Assembly (NCBI GenBank): GCA_003162615.1
Contig: PMNG01000162.1
Location: forward strand, 1 to 37,663
DNA length: 37,663 nucleotides
Reading direction: 5' to 3'
Origin: Methanothrix sp.
Lineage (GTDB): Archaea; Halobacteriota; Methanosarcinia; Methanotrichales; Methanotrichaceae
A program made the translations under genes and the position numbers. Of this stretch, positions 34,453 to 37,663 are shown one piece after another. Each line of letters begins with the position of its first letter. The first letter of the stretch is position 1. The notes below the pieces were generated by a model, which saw only the letters and a program-made list of their open reading frames with translations, had not been told where the DNA came from and ran no database searches.

Positions 34453-34938
34453 TCACTTGATGCACAGCTTACTTAAGATCAAGTTATCCAGCTTGTCCTT
34501 GGGAATGTCTCCGATGTGCCTGTAGACAAGAGCGCCATCTTTGAAGATCAGGATTGTAGGGTAATTGAAGACTTTGTACTTTTTCGTTGTCTTGGAATTC
34601 TGGTTTATGTTCAGCTTTTTCCAAAGACCACCTGACCCTTTAGATCCGCAGCCATTTCATCGATCTTTCGGTCGATACTATGGCAAGGCCTGCATCCTTT
34701 CTCCCAGCAGTCCAGAACCAAAAGGTTAGTATTTCTCAAGAGCTGAGCCGAGATTACGGTCTGTGATGGCCAAAGGAGCATCCGGAAATTCAGGTCCGGC
34801 ACCAGTGCTTGTTGAATTCGCTTTCTTATCATGGCTTCCCATGACGGGCCATGATATAGTCAGCATTATTGAAGCGCAAAGGATGAACAGAAGCAACAGA
34901 TGGCCAGATTCATTCTTTAGTCCCATTATCGCCGACAC
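34453..34938 (-). pseudogene. Membrane-anchored/secreted thioredoxin-like gene broken into three reading frames
   Basis: Piece 1 is ORF 34726..34938: hydrophobic N-terminus, then ...PLAITDRNLGSALEKY*. Piece 2 lies within ORF 34611..34832: NTNLLVLDCWEKGCRPCHSIDRKIDEMAADLKGQVVFGK. Piece 3 was hand translated to the stop at 34453-34455: KLNINQNSKTTKKYKVFNYPTILIFKDGALVYRHIGDIPKDKL.... Joined, they form a complete thioredoxin fold with a CRPC active site. The second break sits at an A5 run (34616-34620). Confidence 0.6.
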
Positions 34939-35008
34939 CAGGCCGAGTATTTTTTAGCGAATTAAAAAGGAGTTCAGGCCAGATATTACAGTATCGACCT
35001 TGGCCTGC

Positions 35009-35500
35009 TTAGTACATCTGCGGCCATTTCGGCGTGTAGATTTGATTGTTGAACCAGTATTTTCCATACCATGCATCGACGCCAAGATGATTGTTTGTGC
35101 AAGTGACGCTTGGCTTATCGTGCGGATAGTCTATACAAGACGAGTCCCAATAACATTTTACGTCGTCGCATCGAGATTTTTCCTGCAGACATTTCTTTTG
35201 GGGCTTTGGAAGTGGAGAGATCTTAACGTTGGTTACTGTACTCCCAACGAATTCGGTGTCCCCGAAATTAGCGTCATCTGAAAAGATCTCAATTTTGTCC
35301 AGATTGCTACCAACGACGTCTAGCTTATTCTCAAAGTCGCCCGCTCCAGCATGGGGCGAGACAATCTGTATATTGGACAATTTACTCCCGACGATATCCA
35401 CATCTCCTAAACCAGCGCCTGCAGCATATGCAGTTGCCGCCAGCAGCATTGGCATCAAAGCCATAACTATTGCAGTCTTCATTGCTTTCTCCCCCGACAT
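35009..35500 (-). CDS. Secreted small protein: signal peptide, three ~22-aa repeats, Cys-rich C-terminal domain
   Basis: The signal peptide is MKTAIVMALMPMLLAATAYA. Three repeats follow: GLGDVDIVGSKLSNIQIVS / GAGDFENKLDVVGSNLDKIEIFS / ANFGDTEFVGSTVTNVKIS. Next come a PLPKPQKK linker and a 5-Cys, Trp/Tyr-rich tail. I recognise no family. Confidence 0.55.
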   Translation of the reverse strand: MSGEKAMKTAIVMALMPMLLAATAYAAGAGLGDVDIVGSKLSNIQIVSPHAGAGDFENKLDVVGSNLDKIEIFSDDANFGDTEFVGSTVTNVKISPLPKPQKKCLQEKSRCDDVKCYWDSSCIDYPHDKPSVTCTNNHLGVDAWYGKYWFNNQIYTPKWPQMY

Positions 35501-35866
35501 GTTTATAATTTTGATCTTTTATTATACACTCGAAGTAAAAAAGCCTTTCGGAGAAAAAAGAAATTGAGTTACATCAGCCCTAAGGTTAAGCAGTTAAGTA
35601 TTGGCCGCTGAGCAGGTCTATGTTTTTAATCCTGAAGTAAAGATCAAACATTGAATTGTGAATCGACCTTCAATCGGCTCTGCAGACTCACTGTTCGAAA
35701 ATACTAAATATCATAGTCGCAAATAAGTAATATAGAAACAAGTCGCACAGAGAAATTCCACTGCCCTCAGATCGCTGCTGGGGGTGGCTTGTAACCGACA
35801 GGCGACTTGAATTGAGAATGTGTATTCTCTGATTCTTATCGAAGAAAGCTTTAATGAAGGTTAAAC

Positions 35867-36808
35867 ATGAAGGCAATTAGGATTCATGAGTTCGGCGGAC
35901 CGGACGTTCTGAAGTACGAAGACATTCCGGAACCGCAGCCAGGTCCGAATGAGATTCAGGTTCGGGTTATTGCGGCGGGCGTAAATCCGGTTGATTGGAA
36001 GATACGAAGAGGAGGTATGAAGCTCCCCTTGCCGATGACCTTGGGCTTTGATGTAGCAGGCATCGTGAATGCTGTGGGGTCGGACGATGGCGGCTTTCAT
36101 CCCGGGGGTAGCGTCTATGCTAAAGTAGCTCCGCCGCATGGCGGATATGCCGAGTACACTTTGGTCGATGTTTCACACGCAGCGCTTAAGCCCAAAAGCA
36201 TTGGGTTTGTTGAAGCCGCTGCGATTCCAACTGCTGGGCTCACAGCCTGGCAATCGCTCTTCGATGTAGCAGGACTCGAAAAGGGGCAATCGGTTCTAAT
36301 CCACGGTGCCGCCGGTGGAGTCGGAAGCTTCGCAGTTCAGTTCGCCAGATGGAAGGGAGCACACGTCATCGGCACAGCCTCCGCCGGCAATGCGGAGTTC
36401 TTGAGGAGCATAGGCGCTGATGAAGTCATAGACTACAAGACCCAGCAGTTCGAAGATGTCGTACATGATGTGGACGTGGTACTGGACACCATCGGAGAGG
36501 ATACCTTCGAAAGGTCATGGGGCACTTTGAAGCCTGGTGGATTCCTGGTGACTACCGTAGCCAATGTTCCTGAAGGGGCCGCAAAATCTCATGGTGTGCG
36601 CGCAAAACATATCATGAGCCAATCGAGCGGAAAAGATCTCGCTCGAATCGCAGCGATCGTCGATGAAAGACGCATCAAACCAATCGTGACTACAGTGTTT
36701 CCCCTTGCTGAAGCTAGAAGGGCACAAGAAATGAGCGAGAATGGTCATACTCGAGGAAAGATAGTCTTGCGCGTCGCAGAAGAGCCAAAGCAAAGCGGGA
36801 GTTATTGA
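35867..36808 (+). CDS. NADPH:quinone oxidoreductase / zeta-crystallin-like medium-chain dehydrogenase
   Basis: MKAIRIHEFGGPDVLKYEDIPEPQPGPNEIQVRV.AAGVNPVD, the nucleotide motif IHGAAGGVGSFAVQFA, and the C-terminal GHTRGKIVL. Confidence 0.85.
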   Translation: MKAIRIHEFGGPDVLKYEDIPEPQPGPNEIQVRVIAAGVNPVDWKIRRGGMKLPLPMTLGFDVAGIVNAVGSDDGGFHPGGSVYAKVAPPHGGYAEYTLVDVSHAALKPKSIGFVEAAAIPTAGLTAWQSLFDVAGLEKGQSVLIHGAAGGVGSFAVQFARWKGAHVIGTASAGNAEFLRSIGADEVIDYKTQQFEDVVHDVDVVLDTIGEDTFERSWGTLKPGGFLVTTVANVPEGAAKSHGVRAKHIMSQSSGKDLARIAAIVDERRIKPIVTTVFPLAEARRAQEMSENGHTRGKIVLRVAEEPKQSGSY

Positions 36809-37030
36809 CGCGACAACGTCGATTATTTGGGTGATGGATTGAGCTGTTGTCGGAGCTGCAAATTGAACGAATGTATCTGCAGGAAGTATGAAATACGTCG
36901 AAGCAGGCCGGAAGGAGTATCCAGAAATATTCGATGATGTAGCAAGCTCATGATGCCTGTAAAACCTATGACCTGCAAGATTACGACAGCTTGTCTTACA
37001 TGAGAAACAAAGCTCCATCAGTATAAATGA

Positions 37031-37663
37031 CTACCTTAACCATCCCATTTTGTAGAATGCATAAAGACCTAAAAGCATGGAGGAACACACGAGAAAGACG
37101 ATTTCTGGTATGTATAATTGAAATCCAATTGAGTTTCCACTTTCCGTCACGAGATTAACACCAAGTAGCCCACCGATTACAGACGGAATGATTGCAAGAC
37201 AAGTAATGACGGCAATTACCTTCATAACCCGGTTCAGGTCATATGACACTGTATTTATATGCAACTCGATGAGGGAGCTTAGGCTTTCCCTGACATTGCG
37301 AGCAGTTCCACAAATGTATTTTGATTCAGAATGGAGGCTATTGAAATTGCGACGATGGGTATCATCGATTCCTAAATGGAGCAAGTCTTCTTTGTTTATT
37401 ATTTGGTCTAAGACTTGATGGAAATGCCAGAGGTTGTCGCTAACTTGCTGAATCTCCTTCTTAAAAAGGAAGGTTTTATGAAGGAATTCTGGAGAAGTCT
37501 TGTCAATAGGAATTCTTTCGAATTCATTGATCTTGCTCTCGATTTCATGTACGATCTTTCCATAATCGTTTATCTTCAATTGAAGCAGCGAATAAAGGAC
37601 TTCAACAATAAAATCTCCTTTATTTAATTTATCTTTCGGGTGATCGGTTCTGGAAAATAATTC
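37031..37663 (-). CDS. CorA-superfamily divalent-cation transporter, C-terminal part (gene runs off the window)
   Basis: The two C-terminal TM helices flank GGLLGVNL, which sits where CorA has YGMNF, and the tail ends KMGWLR. The frame stays open upstream of the listed TTG start through nt 37663 (ELFSRTDHPKDKLNKGDFIVEVLYSLLQ...), so the 5' end lies outside the window. Confidence 0.6.
   Translation of the reverse strand, partial: ELFSRTDHPKDKLNKGDFIVEVLYSLLQLKINDYGKIVHEIESKINEFERIPIDKTSPEFLHKTFLFKKEIQQVSDNLWHFHQVLDQIINKEDLLHLGIDDTHRRNFNSLHSESKYICGTARNVRESLSSLIELHINTVSYDLNRVMKVIAVITCLAIIPSVIGGLLGVNLVTESGNSIGFQLYIPEIVFLVCSSMLLGLYAFYKMGWLR

Noticed and set aside
35814-35829. Palindrome GAGAATGTGTATTCTC ~40 nt upstream of the quinone oxidoreductase start, as an operator.
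   Set aside because: It is a single short occurrence with no second copy in the window, so it could arise by chance. It is not reported as a feature.
1-37663. Search for tRNA, rRNA, CRISPR arrays, C/D-box sRNAs and perfect tandem repeats.
   Set aside because: I found no T-loop-like GGTTCGAATCC-type sequences in cloverleaf context. I found no regularly spaced direct repeats and no RUGAUGA...CUGA pairs at sRNA spacing in intergenic regions. Visual scanning can miss divergent RNAs, so this is absence of evidence only.

Overview
This window is an archaeal chromosomal segment. SepRS, together with aRF1, the RFC large subunit, Hef, the Csl4-RpoL pair, RtcA and a multi-PAS histidine kinase with the LVHELQVHQIELEMQNEEL motif, points to a methanogen/ANME-type euryarchaeon. 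All family calls are motif recognition by eye on the supplied ORF track. No database or HMM search was possible.

Core genes, in order:
- Minus-strand block: rfcL, a PNPOx-like flavoprotein, an HDAC/acetylpolyamine-amidohydrolase-like enzyme translationally coupled to a hydantoinase/oxoprolinase-family protein, and an MTAP-family phosphorylase.
- Plus-strand block: prf1 (aRF1), UPF0201, a TIM-barrel sugar-phosphate isomerase/epimerase, translin-like, sepS and rpiA.
- Later: mtnA, a large TPR protein, a COG2263-type methyltransferase, csl4, rpoL, rtcA, an acyl-CoA synthetase, hef, a quinone oxidoreductase and a partial CorA-like transporter.

I found no tRNA, rRNA or CRISPR array.

The core is interrupted by accessory or decayed patches:
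- 1-3.5 kb: truncated solute-binding genes, an IS1634-like transposase relic and an 810-nt ORF-free stretch.
- 15.3-23.2 kb: an island immediately downstream of rpiA.
- 31.6-32.0 kb and 34.4-35.5 kb: smaller patches.

The most interesting signal is the rpiA island. The last ~150 nt of rpiA occur three times: the functional end, a relic at 19.8-19.9 kb and a relic at 21.6-21.8 kb. Both relics are preceded by the same 39-nt non-rpiA sequence. This looks like the footprint of serial site-specific integration into the rpiA 3' end, although no integrase remains. The island carries hicB plus a frameshifted hicA, a response regulator/histidine kinase pair, an MNT relic, vapB plus a doubly frameshifted PIN gene, an alpha/beta hydrolase, an uncharacterised PD-(D/E)xK-motif protein and an orphan DUF104 antitoxin.

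Frameshifts are confined to accessory genes and every housekeeping gene is intact. That argues for real pseudogenisation, but homopolymer sequencing errors cannot be excluded from the sequence alone.
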